A DNA stretch of 49,426 nucleotides, counting the filler, from Bipalium vagum (Eukaryota), in NCBI GenBank assembly GCA_037834085.1. It is 3 parts of 3 records of this genome, joined end to end, with 100 filler letters (N's around TTAATTAATTAA, not from the genome) between each part and the next. Parts side by side here need not be neighbours in the genome. Positions count along the whole stretch, not along the records: positions 33,947 to 49,426 come from JBBMKC010157352.1; 2 more parts are not named here. One strand, written 5' to 3'. Shown one piece after another: positions 39,001 through 49,426 of the stretch. The translations under genes were made by a program, and so were the position numbers. Numbering within the stretch: position 1 is the first letter of the stretch; each line of letters starts with the position of its first letter. Under the pieces are notes generated by a model. It did no database searches. It saw only the letters and a list, made by a program, of their open reading frames with translations, and was not told the origin of the DNA.

Positions 39001-42000
39001 ATTAAATATGTAAATTATCAACAGTCCCAAGGAAAACATATCCGAAGACGAATTCGAAGACCCTATTCCTATACATTCTGGAGCAAGATAATCCAGATCT
39101 GGTTGACAGAGGTTGGGAATTTTCGGATTCCAACTTGATCCTTTTGGAATACTGTCCTACAAAAAGTTAACAATGAAAAGATCTTTACACATTTTACTAA
39201 AAATGGAAACATGAACAACCAGTTATTACTTATTTTAAAACTATGAGTGTCATGACGTTATTATCATTATTATTAGTAATAACCAACTTCACTTTTAAAT
39301 TATGGACAAAAAGTTCAACAATGGATGTCATTTGAAATTAGAAAATCAAAAGACTTCGTGTTAAGAAGTTTGATCTACTCTATGTTTTAATGCGAGTATC
39401 ATTAAAATTTGACGTGACGAGAAAGGTAACATGAAAATTGGAACGTGGATCACTTTGAAATTCCAAAACCATGTCCTAACCAAAGTATGGGGAAAAAAAG
39501 AAAATTATGAGGATTGCCTGTTATAGTGTACATGATCTGGTAAATGATAGTTTCTGTTACCTTATGAAAAACTTAATATATTCCATTTATTTTTGCAAAA
39601 GGGATTGAGATTTTATTTGCTCAAATATTTCTTACTTTTTAAAGCCCAATCTTAAGTTTTGAAATTAAATTTTATCCTTTTAAAAAGAAATAAAAAAGAA
39701 ATCAGTTAAAAGTTAAAAATATTTATTTATACACAAATTTGGTTAGACTTAATTATACGTTTGTTTAAATAATATAATTATAACGCGATGATTTCGAATT
39801 TTGTAATCATCAACAATAATAAAGCTAAAATATCAGGAAGAAATAATTTAAGAATACCTTATCAACATGTACTTACGCTAATCATGCGATCTTAATATGT
39901 ACAAGATCAATGATCCAGATATATATGAGAACTATGCACATATCTGCGTCATTGAAAAGAAGTATATAATAGTCGGGAACTTGGTTTTCAGTTAAACTTT
40001 TAATCACTTTATTTATATATGCTAAACCCAATCGAACTATGATTATCTAAACTAAAGAATTTGGAACAAGATATTTTAAGAAGAAAAACCGTATAGAACA
40101 CTGCGTAATTCTATACGAATTTTTCATCTGAAGTTTAAAGATCTAAAATTGAGCTTTGAATGGTTTATTAAAAAGTCAGCTGAATATATTTAAATAATAA
40201 TTATTGAATTTTGCATATCTTGAAACCATGACAATATATGATGAGAGAATATTGAACAATAACATGAAACAAGTTGGTCTTCAGTTAGACCTTAATGAGA
40301 TTCTATGTCTCCTTTCATAGTTAACATTATACAAAAAGAAGATAATGATGATATAAAGTATATATGATCCATTTCAACACCCGTTTATGTAAAGAGGGCA
40401 TTTTAAAAGTAAAAATTTTATCTAGCAACGTCACAAAATGAAGCTGAAACTTAAAAGCTCAGATCCAAAATGAGTCAGCAGAAAAGAACCAATTGTTCTC
40501 CATGAAATCCACAGAACTCAAAACTCAAGAACGACTTTGAGAAAGTTTTAACGAATTCTTGTATAGAAAAGCATGCCTAGGTCATCTTACCTCTCCTGTG
40601 CAGATCGTTCTGGTTAATTCTGGCACGGAGAAAACTTCAATAACCGGGGAGATTTCAATAATACATCACTATTAGCATTATATTATATATATAAACCAAA
40701 CTTTTATGATAAAAGACATCGAGATTTTTTCATCGTAAACCAGCTTCTTCATATTGATCTAATAACTTTTACAATGAAAAATTTTGGAAATATAACAAGA
40801 TTTTTCTTTGTACATAAAGAATTATTATCAATTTTCGATATTTCTTTTCAGCTTTATTGGGTGACCTAATCAAATGCAACAGACCATGGCATAATTGCAA
40901 AACGAAATCAGTTACACCCACCGTCTTCTTATGAAACTAAATCGGGAAATTAACATTTCAGACATTATATCAAAACATAAATAAACGATTTAATACAACG
41001 GAACAAGAATATTTTATTTATATTTTTATTTCATAATTTTTTGTTTTAATATAATGAACTTTTTGTTACTTATTAATGGGGTAATCATACCATCTGGCCA
41101 GGAAATATGCGATCCATGAAATTTAACCCTGCCAATTTCCAATCACCATTTTTGGCAATCAAAATGGATTTCGGGGTGATATTCCCATGTATGTATAACT
41201 GGCTTGTATGGAGGTATCGCAAGCATTCTGTTATCTAAAGAGAAAACTATATGTAAAATGAGACACATGGACTCTTACTAAGACCATAAAACTGTATTTA
41301 ATTAAGAAAATAATTTAGACAATTCTGATATCAGGATACAATAACTGATTTCTGTAACATTTTTAAAAAAATTGTTGATGTTCTACCCTTCATGGTTCAT
41401 TTAAACAGTCTGATGACGTATTAGTTCTGTAATGTACGTATTGTCATGTGGATTATGTGGGAGGCTGTTAAGATTATGGTTTTTTAACATCATATTTATG
41501 TAAAATAACCATCGTCAATGCAACATTGAAATAAATTTTTTATTTATTATTTTATTTTATCTTTATTCATTAAAACAAAAAAATTAATGAAAAAAATAAA
41601 CGTGTTCTTCACTTATACAATTTCGCATAAATCTTAATTTTCGTTTTTATTGCACTAAAATTATTATAATTAAAATATTACAACTTCGTGAAGTTCTACT
41701 ATTCAACCTGTTTCAAAGTCCGATTGTTGAATGAAATATGTTTCGTTTCTGTCAATCATATTATTAAATGTAACATGAGTACGTGTCATCAGTGATGAAT
41801 TATTTCCTTGTCTATTTAAATGATACCCATACAAAAACGTAGACATCTGATTAAATTATATTGATTAACCAACAGATACACTAATTGCCTGGTAATTTAT
41901 TTAAACAATTAGTGATGTGTTTTAATGAAAATGAGTTTATTAATCACATTTCCCAAAAGTACTTAAATCATTTTCATAATCCATACTGTACCAAGTGTTA

Positions 42001-45000
42001 AATCCTTTCCATTTCCTTATAATAATAACCAAGAACAATTTTAATAAAATTTATTTAATAATTTATTTATTTACATTTATTTAGAACTGTTTATCCAGAA
42101 TCATCTGCATAATTCATGGCCCTCCCTTACTGACTACGTAAGGTACTTGTCAAATATTTACATTTTCTTTGGGAGTTTTTCCTAATGATTTATAATTTCT
42201 AATATTTCAGCGAAAGTAAATAAATAGAAATTAAAAAATCAATTAAAATAAATAATATTTCCAAATATATAAAGATTTTATTGAACAAAATCGAACTCTG
42301 AATGCCAGAGTCGAAGACCTTCAAGAAGACTGATTAAAAAGTAAAAGCAATTTTTTCTTCATAATAATAATAATTATAAAAAGAAAAAAGTTTTTCGTTG
42401 CTTAATTATGTCTTTTCTCAGATATTTTGTAATAATTGAAATTATTTATGTGGAATAACAATTTTTTGCCTGGTTTACTGTTGAAAGATTATATATTTTT
42501 TCTTTTTTCCATTAGACAGTAACCGTTTTCAGAATTTTAATTCCATTCCTCTGACATAATTCGGTCCAATTTTATTTCAATTCTCTTTCAACTATGTAAT
42601 ATTGAGATAATTTTCCAATTTGAAATAAAAATAAATAAAATAATCGTTTCAGTGAATTATGTGGTGCCGGCTAAAGAGTGTACAGCATTTCTGATACTTA
42701 TGGAATCCTAATTGTTTTAAAATATTTGCGGATGATTTTAAATTTTATATTATTTATTTTTTAAAACTTTTTAAGCCAGAATTTAAAGGTTTTCTTTTCC
42801 TTTCCATCTATTTTATCTACTTTTTTTTATTGATTTCCTATTTTACACTGAAATTATAAAGCTTTCACTGCAAAGGTCCACAGTTAAGGGTGTTAAAGAA
42901 CAAATAAATGATTTAAAAGTTTCTCATTATTTAACTTGGACGTGATCAATGTGTAATCCAAATTCACTGTTAATTTATCGTATATTTTGTTATTTCTGTT
43001 TTACAATTATTATTGAATTCATACAGAAGCCCCTTAACTGCTCAGTCTTAATCATGATATATTAGGTTGGTGGGAAAAACTGTTATTTTTTATTTATTTA
43101 CAGATTGTAATGAATAATTTGTTTTAATATTACATATGTTTTGGTATCATTCAAAAATTGGAATTTCATTCAGTGCTTCAAATTATACCTCGAAATTATA
43201 AATGAAAAAATGTTAAAAATAATAAATTGGAATTACATGAATAGAGTGACAAATTAAAAAAAACCGTTTTGAAGTGGCATATTCGTGCTTTTCAGCAGGG
43301 ATCCAGTTTTATATCGATTCATGACATGCGATGAGAAATGAATTCTCTGGGACAATCAAAATTGTTCGGAACAATGTTTAAGCCATTCTTAACCCCGATA
43401 CACTTTTCAAAGTCAAATATTTTATCTGTTTGGTATCCAAGAGTTAAATTCTGGCTAACTATTATTGTCTACAATCACTACCAGACGAATGGAAAGTGCA
43501 TTAAAAACTGAAACAGGTAACCTGATTACCAATTTTTAAGAGAAAGAGTCTAATTATATTGCAAGACAAAGCAGGCAAACATATCGCTCAAACATAATGG
43601 TGCAGATTTTTGAATAATTGATTTTGACGTTATTTATTTGGCCATATACACTACCGTCGGAAGGTATTTGTACACCCTTTAAGTATAACTTTGAACTCTA
43701 ACAACTCTTACTAAAAAGCAATAAAAGTTAAGATTTTTTCAACACATATTTATTGATAATTACCAAATATAGTAACATAAGAAAATTTTTAAATAGCTAA
43801 TGAGGCATTAAACTGAAGTTTCATTTATGTAACCTATACCATACCTTTGGCATCCTTTCTAATAAATTTCTTAAGGTAACTGGTTTAATTTTTACTCATT
43901 CCTTCTGGAGTTTCTGCCACAGATCCTTCTGTGTATTTGGATAGGTTTTTCTAACACTTCGGTCCAATTCATCCCATAGTAATAACTCTTTGGGATTAAA
44001 GTCAGGTGATTGAGGGGGGCAGATCATTATTTTTATGATTTTTTTCTTTTCCATCTTTTTCAAATGATCCTGACATAGTTTGGCTTTATGTTTGGGATCA
44101 TTATTCTGTTGAAAATTAAAATTATTGCTGATAATTCTTAGTCCAGAAGGAATGACTTTACTTCGTAGTATATTTTTATAGCCTTCTTTGAACAGTTTCC
44201 CATTAATTTTGATTATATCTCTTAATGATAGACCAACAAAACAACCCTAAATCATAACTGATCCTCCTCTGTGCTTCATAGTTTGAATTATGCATTGATC
44301 TGAGAACCTATCACCAGTAGACCTGCGAACGAATACACGACTTCTTGATCCAAAAAACTTTAAACTTCGATTCATCAGACCAAAGTACCTGATACCAGTC
44401 TTTGGATGACCAGTTTTGGTGTTCCCTGGCCCATTCTAATCTTATCTTCTTATTTTAAGGCCGAAGTAAGTTTCCTAGCGGCAATTCTTTCAAATAGACC
44501 GGCCTTATGAAGACCTCTTTCTCTGGCATGGTTTATGTGAGAGGCAATTTCTGGTGCCGTTAGACGTCTATTATGCTTGCTCGTGATTATAATTCTACGG
44601 CCTTCTGTATCAGTTTTTTCTTGGTTGTCTAGCTCTTTCATTGTTCTTAATAATGCCGGTATCAGTGTATTTCTTTATTATAGCGGTGACTGTTGTATGC
44701 CATAATTTTAATTTTCTGTCAATTTGACGAGCACTGATATTCATTTTATGTTGGGAAATAATCATACACCATTTTTCCAGCGAAATCTCATTAGTGTTAA
44801 CCATACCTTAAATTTTTTTATATATTAAAATTAATAAACAACGTTAAAATTATTTTGAAAAATCTTATTTATTTTAAAATTCCAACTTAGATAAAAAACA
44901 AAAATGAACTAATTGAAAAATCGGCTTTTTAACTAAGTTATATTAACAGTGATTTTAAGATATTGATTTAACTTTACTTGCTTTAATTATATCCGAATAA

Positions 45001-47003
45001 GATGATAAAGTTTTTAGAAATATTTTTAGCTAAATTTTATAAAAATTAAAATGTAGAAATTCATATTGTAAAATTTATTATCTTTGTGTTCTATCGTTAT
45101 CTATATGTAAGGGTCCTAATAAATTTACAATTACAATTGGTTTTTAAAGAAAACATTAAACTATGTTAGAAAAATTGATCATTTTGCATTTTAAGAAGAG
45201 TGTACAAATACTTTCCGACGGTAGTGTACATAATAGCATATATCATAATAAATAAATAATTAACTGTTTCACCAATTGACAAGCAGAAATAATCAATATC
45301 ACGAACACCCATCAAATCGATATCAAAACCTTTTTATATGCATAAAGGTGTGTGGAAAAATTTTTTGAATTCCATTTTTTAAGCCATTTTCACGATCTTT
45401 TTCGATTGTCAAAAAAGGTGCATTTTTCATCACTCTTTACTATTCCGTCTTGATAATCAACTATTTTGTTTTAAGATGCTCTAAACATGATTCAAAAGGA
45501 TTCTCATTTCATCATTATCAATTTCTTCTGCAAAATTTAAAAAAAAGATTTGGCAGTACCATGTTATAGGAATCTATTTAGAAATATGATATTCCCCGAT
45601 GTTGACAAAGCTGGGCGAAGAGGGCTGAAACAAAATTTCACATAAGTGAAGAGGTCATCTGACAAAGATCCATGCAGATCTACTGTGTCCTTAAGAAATA
45701 AACTCAAAATTATTTTTATTAAATAAATTTTATATTATTTTATATAATATGGTATTTATTTATTTTACGAAAGATCTCATTTATTTCAAAAATAGTCTTC
45801 GAAAATTCAATAAAAAACGTCAATTCACAAGCACCAGCCTAATATCGATCTCATGTAAAAATTAATTTGTTTCTATTAACGAAAAATTTCATTAAAATGT
45901 TCATGATATATAATTTTTTAAAAAAAATTATTCTCGAAAGAGAATTATTTAATTTCCTCTATTACTTAATTGAAAATTAATTTACCTGATAAATTCCCAT
46001 CTTTTTTTCGAGGTCCGTTAGCTCATAATTCTAAAGAAAATTATTTATCTTATTTGTGTTATAGAAGATTAAATAAGAAAGAAATTACTTATCAAACTCA
46101 CATCTTAATTAATTATATTGAATTTCAATAAATAGGTAAAACCGAAATGGTGAATTATGGATTAATTTAAAATATATAGATTTATTTATTTTAATTTAAA
46201 CACTTTATTAGATAAAATATATTTTTGATTTTTTTATTATATTTTATTTAAATATTAATATTAATAAATATAAATAAATTCAGTCAAATAATACAATTTT
46301 TCAGATAAAATGTTTTTTTCGTGGATTCATCGTTTTTAAGAAATGGATCAAATTGCTTACTTTTCAAGAAAAAATCATAAATAGAAATAAATAGAATAGA
46401 TCATTATCATAAATGCTTATGTGACGGTTTTGCTTTAACTGCGATTGGTCGGCCAGAACAAGGTGCATCTTTCAACTGAAAGTTACATTAGCAAAATCGT
46501 GTGAACCACCCTATCACTATTCTTCCTAATATAGAAGCAGATCCATAAATGTACTTTTCTGACGACATAACTGGCAATTTTTTGTTTTGAGGAAATAACC
46601 TTTCATAATACATGGACCTACATCGTTAATTTGAATTTTTAAAGATATTTTAATTCGGATAAGCAAATTTTATTAATATAATTAAATGATCTAAAGACAT
46701 ATTCCAAGGATATCAATTTTACCAATAGATTTATTAAAATCGATTTTTACAATTTTATATTGTCTGTAATTCAAATTAAAATAATCCGTAACAAAAACGC
46801 TAAACTTTTAGGTCACTAAAATATTTATCACTAAAAAAGTTTTCAAATTTTTTCAGTATCATTTTGTGAAACTCATGGAAAATACAAAGGAAGTAAATAC
46901 CTCGTTTTGATTGAATGACTTGATTTTATTTTTATGAAAACTTTGATTCAAAAGGTTTGCTAAACATCCTCTTAGGGGTTCCGTAGCAAAGGCTATTTCG
47001 TCA
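34107..47003 (-). CDS. SCYL2: SCY1-like protein 2 (pseudokinase plus HEAT repeats), partial spliced gene of 8 exons; 5' exons not found in the window, 3' exons not found
   Basis: join(47003-46901,46030-45986,41234-41091,39156-38938,35968-35852,35808-35683,35557-35378,34229-34107). All introns are GT-AG and the frame is continuous: IAFATEP..LANLL, ELTDLEKKMGIYQITECLRYLH, IHGNITPKSILI..GDWKLAGLNF, WNPKIPNLCQPDLDYLAPE, SDMFSLG, collinear with SCYL2/SCY1. Confidence 0.9.
34470..34545 (+). mobile_element. Tiny Ty3/gypsy reverse-transcriptase remnant
   Basis: LCGYYRK matches the FLG.CGYYR.F motif. Confidence 0.35.
35070..35188. mobile_element. Tigger/pogo-type element end
   Basis: Terminal ccgttataaccgaagtcacctg with sub-terminal repeats (ttcggttataa, gcttacaacgga), as in pogo ends. 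Confidence 0.5.
35378..35557 (-). CDS. SCYL2: SCYL2 HEAT-repeat exon (RFLVNHLYP...INLAQ)
   Basis: tgcag| acceptor; weak donor |gttctc; 60 codons. Confidence 0.8.
35683..35808 (-). CDS. SCYL2: SCYL2 exon (LKYFND...IIDQFEK)
   Basis: tcaag| and |gtgaga; 42 codons. Confidence 0.85.
35852..35968 (-). CDS. SCYL2: SCYL2 exon, kinase subdomain XI (IRYRPS)
   Basis: ttcag| and |gtaatt; 39 codons. Confidence 0.88.
37400..37640 (-). mobile_element. Merlin/IS1595-family transposase remnant
   Basis: NRNQWREGHWAFGDIE..HIHRWILVGTH..WTAYDE resembles YHRGR...WVFGGIE..I..WI.PGT.I.SD.W.AY. Confidence 0.6.
38440..38888 (-). mobile_element. Mariner N-terminal fragment
   Basis: SGDLSFQNKDH..LKSPVEENTQKTVRQLCE; TIR-like tatcagggtgt ending about 38888. 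Confidence 0.55.
38938..39156 (-). CDS. SCYL2: SCYL2 exon (PDLDYLAPE, SDMFSLG)
   Basis: tgtag| and |gtatgt; 73 codons. Confidence 0.93.
41091..41234 (-). CDS. SCYL2: SCYL2 exon, pseudo-catalytic loop (HGNITP, WKLAGLNF)
   Basis: tttag| and |gtatga; 48 codons. Confidence 0.93.
43062..45280 (+). mobile_element. Old mariner interrupted by a Tc1 insertion
   Basis: Left TIR ttaggttggtgggaaaaac (43062); FMTCDEK*ILWDN and LQDKAGKH motifs; degenerate right TIR taactgtttcaccaa after the Tc1. Confidence 0.6.
43649..45226 (-). mobile_element. Full-length Tc1 (DD34E) element with a disrupted transposase
   Basis: 31-bp TIRs cactaccgtcggaa(g/a)gtatttgtacac(c/t)ctt with 2 mismatches, TA on both sides, 1578 bp. 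MVNTNEISLE..RQPRKT, SDESK, TMKHRGGSVMI*GCF, FQQNNDPKH (Asp to Asn), PPQSPDFNPKELLWDEL. Confidence 0.95.
45986..46030 (-). CDS. SCYL2: SCYL2 45-nt exon (NYELTDLEKKMGIYQ)
   Basis: tttag| and |gtaaat; fills the expected YxLxDxExKYGLLQ segment. Confidence 0.88.
46410..46830 (-). mobile_element. Mariner 5' fragment
   Basis: NFQLKDAPCSGRPI motif. Confidence 0.55.
46901..47003 (-). CDS. SCYL2: SCYL2 exon (DEIAFATEPLRGCLANLL...NQNE)
   Basis: Acceptor ttaag|, donor |gtattt; AF.TEP motif. Confidence 0.88.
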
Positions 47004-48507
47004 CTTAATAAAAAATAAGTAATTAATTAAACATTAATTAATAAATTAAAAATTAAATAATCAATTAAAAACTAAATAATCAATTAAAAATTAATTCATC
47101 AATAAAATTAAATAATTAATTAAACATTTATTAATTAATTAAAAATTAATTTTATTAATTAATATTAATAATATTAATTAATTATATATTAATATTATGA
47201 TAAAATAATTTTCTCATGAAGAAAAATAAAAGGAATTAATTAATATAATTTTTAATATATATTTTATTTTTTTTAATAAATGGTTCTCAAAATAATTTTA
47301 AAATTCGAGCTGAAAAAATAATCGTTAAAAATAGTAATAAAATAATTATTTTATTCATATTCATATTATTTATTTAATCTATTATGATTATTTTTTAATT
47401 AAATTCAGTTTATTTACAATAAACTAATTTATCATTTTATCTTAAGTAGTTATTAAAAACAAAATGTCTTTCATTGAGAAGTTAAACTGAACAGGAAAAT
47501 GTCTAAAATGTCTTTTGAATACAGAATTTTAATTAATGTTTATCGTGGAACTGTGATATATTGTCGACGGTATATCCGTTGAGAAGTTGTCGTACAAATT
47601 GTCCTATGCTTTTAATAATATTTAAAATAATATTATATTTGCTAAAATTAGAACGAGACAATTCTTAAATCAATATTAGTTGAATTTTAGAAAATTTTTT
47701 TTTTCAAATATTAAAAAAATAATATCAAAGCTTAAATCTTCACAGCTCTGTCGATTTATTTTTCTCGTGAATGGAAACGTAGGCCTTCTTAGAATATAGC
47801 AAAAAATCTAGAAGATTTTGGTCAGTTTTCCATATTTTAATCACGATTTAGTTCATACCAATGTTGAACACTAAACATTAAATATGGCAGTGGCCGTTAT
47901 CTGAATTGAGTGAGATGGGTCGAGATTTTTACTTTCTTTTAATGATATCTATAAATTCTTTTATAAAGAAACAATCTAGTCTAAATTCACCAGCAATGTG
48001 CCAGTTTCGCAAAGCTTCACAAGTATTAATAAGATTTATTTATTATGAACACAACATCTGTACATAGTACAGCGATCAGAACATTTATATACAAGTCATT
48101 CATGTTACATTCTCAGTACTGTGACCTCTGTGTTAGAAAAAACTATTTCATACCTCTGATAAATTGTATTTGATCTTTGTCATATAACAATCTATGTATA
48201 GTCCATTGTTACTATTTATAGAAACAGAATGAATTGTCAACTGTAAATTCTCTTCTCCAGTAATACCAAAATTTAGTACTGATCTCATATTTCTCTCTGA
48301 CGAAAAATAATTATTACAAGGACTTTTAACATTGGTCAAGAACGTTCGTACAAAGGTGCACGGCTCAAAAGCAAAACGAAATTCAATTCAGTAGAAATAA
48401 TTGACAGTTTAAATGAATAAAATAATGATCCATGTGTTAATTGATTTTAATTAATTATTATTATATTTTAGTGCTTTGTACCAGTTATTTAAGTTTTTTA
48501 TTAATGT

Positions 48508-48900
48508 AATGCAGTCCTCTCAATATCAAAACGTCCGTTATAAAGAAAATCATGGCTTTATGCGAGCCAAGACAATAAGCGAGATATTTATAAGCGGGTT
48601 ACACTATAGCACATTCTATTAATAATTTTTATTGAATTTTATAAGCTCTATGAAAAGACAGTTAGTCAGCAAAAGACAGGCTATTTTTCAATAGTTACCA
48701 AGAGAAGTTCATCTATGTTGAAAAATGGAGAAAAAAGGACGTGAACAAACAATAAGAACCCTTCAAATTTTTCTAGTGAAATATAAAAAAATTTGATTTT
48801 GATTTTGGAATTAGTAAAAGAGCCATTTACTATCGACAAATTAACACTAAAATTGGAGAAAATAAAAGTGTTAGGGAAGAACTAATTATTTCGAAATCAG
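48508..48900 (+). mobile_element. Possible Tigger/pogo 5' fragment
   Basis: tgcagtcctctcaatatcaaaacgtccgttataa end-like sequence, ataagcgg sub-repeat, and a weak KR..ISI.TK..GEK HTH similarity. Confidence 0.3.
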
Positions 48901-49426
48901 ATCTCCACTGGTGAGTCGTTTGATACACGTATAAGCACGATAATGTTTTCACCAACCACTGTAAATTATTATTTATCAAAGGGTTTGGTTTCAATAACTA
49001 CCCTAAAAAGTGATTTGTAAATTAATACAGACTCGCACAATCTTTCAATCGTTCAGGATCAAATAATATCTTTAGATTTGTCATTTTTTTTGTCTAACAA
49101 GCAGCTCTCACTATTATTGTTAATAGATCTGCTTTCTTTTCAGTACCTCTCTGGAATTACTAAAGACAAGAAGAATCTTCATATTCATACATAATGGTTA
49201 TTATTATATAATTTAGTAGTTCTTAACACATTTATTCAGATTCGATTCATGGTATAAAACCTTAGAATTCTTATTTGTAATTCGGAGTTGGATAATTAAA
49301 CCTAACAGATTTCTGTTACTAAACTGGAATAAAATAGAAGATGGATCAAAGGTACGAGATTATACTGGCATGGAAGAGATTATGTTTTTAAAATATATAA
49401 TAAATTATTATCTAATAATTATAAAT

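Noticed and set aside
48148-48339. ORF ending at a strong donor-like gag|gtatga as the upstream SCYL2 exon
   Set aside because: Wrong phase for the 47003 exon and no LRHP motif. A weak piggyBac-like resemblance was too faint to call.

Overview
This is very AT-rich eukaryotic genomic DNA, probably from an invertebrate animal, not a prokaryotic locus. It is three contigs joined by two 100-bp artificial spacers (N44-TTAATTAATTAA-N44). The right contig carries eight spliced minus-strand exons of an SCYL2/CVAK104-like pseudokinase-HEAT gene (47003 to 34107), whose introns are inflated by transposon debris. An orphan terminal-type exon at 12609-12986 lies on the same strand. The middle contig holds a decayed protein-primed family-B DNA polymerase gene of Polinton/Maverick (adintovirus) type (22641-25254), with vOTU-like, Zn-finger, exonuclease, VSR-like nuclease and palm motifs. 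It is cut off by an LTR-like sequence and preceded by Ty3/gypsy remnants and two orphan ORFs. The rest is dead DNA transposons (mariner, Tc1, DD41D-like, pogo/Tigger, Merlin) and (TTA)n microsatellites. The most unusual signal is four short GC-rich hairpin modules, several with GAA-type triloops, inside the AT-rich Polinton polymerase; at least one is an exact in-frame 30-nt insertion. All calls come from manual translation and motif recall; no database search was run.
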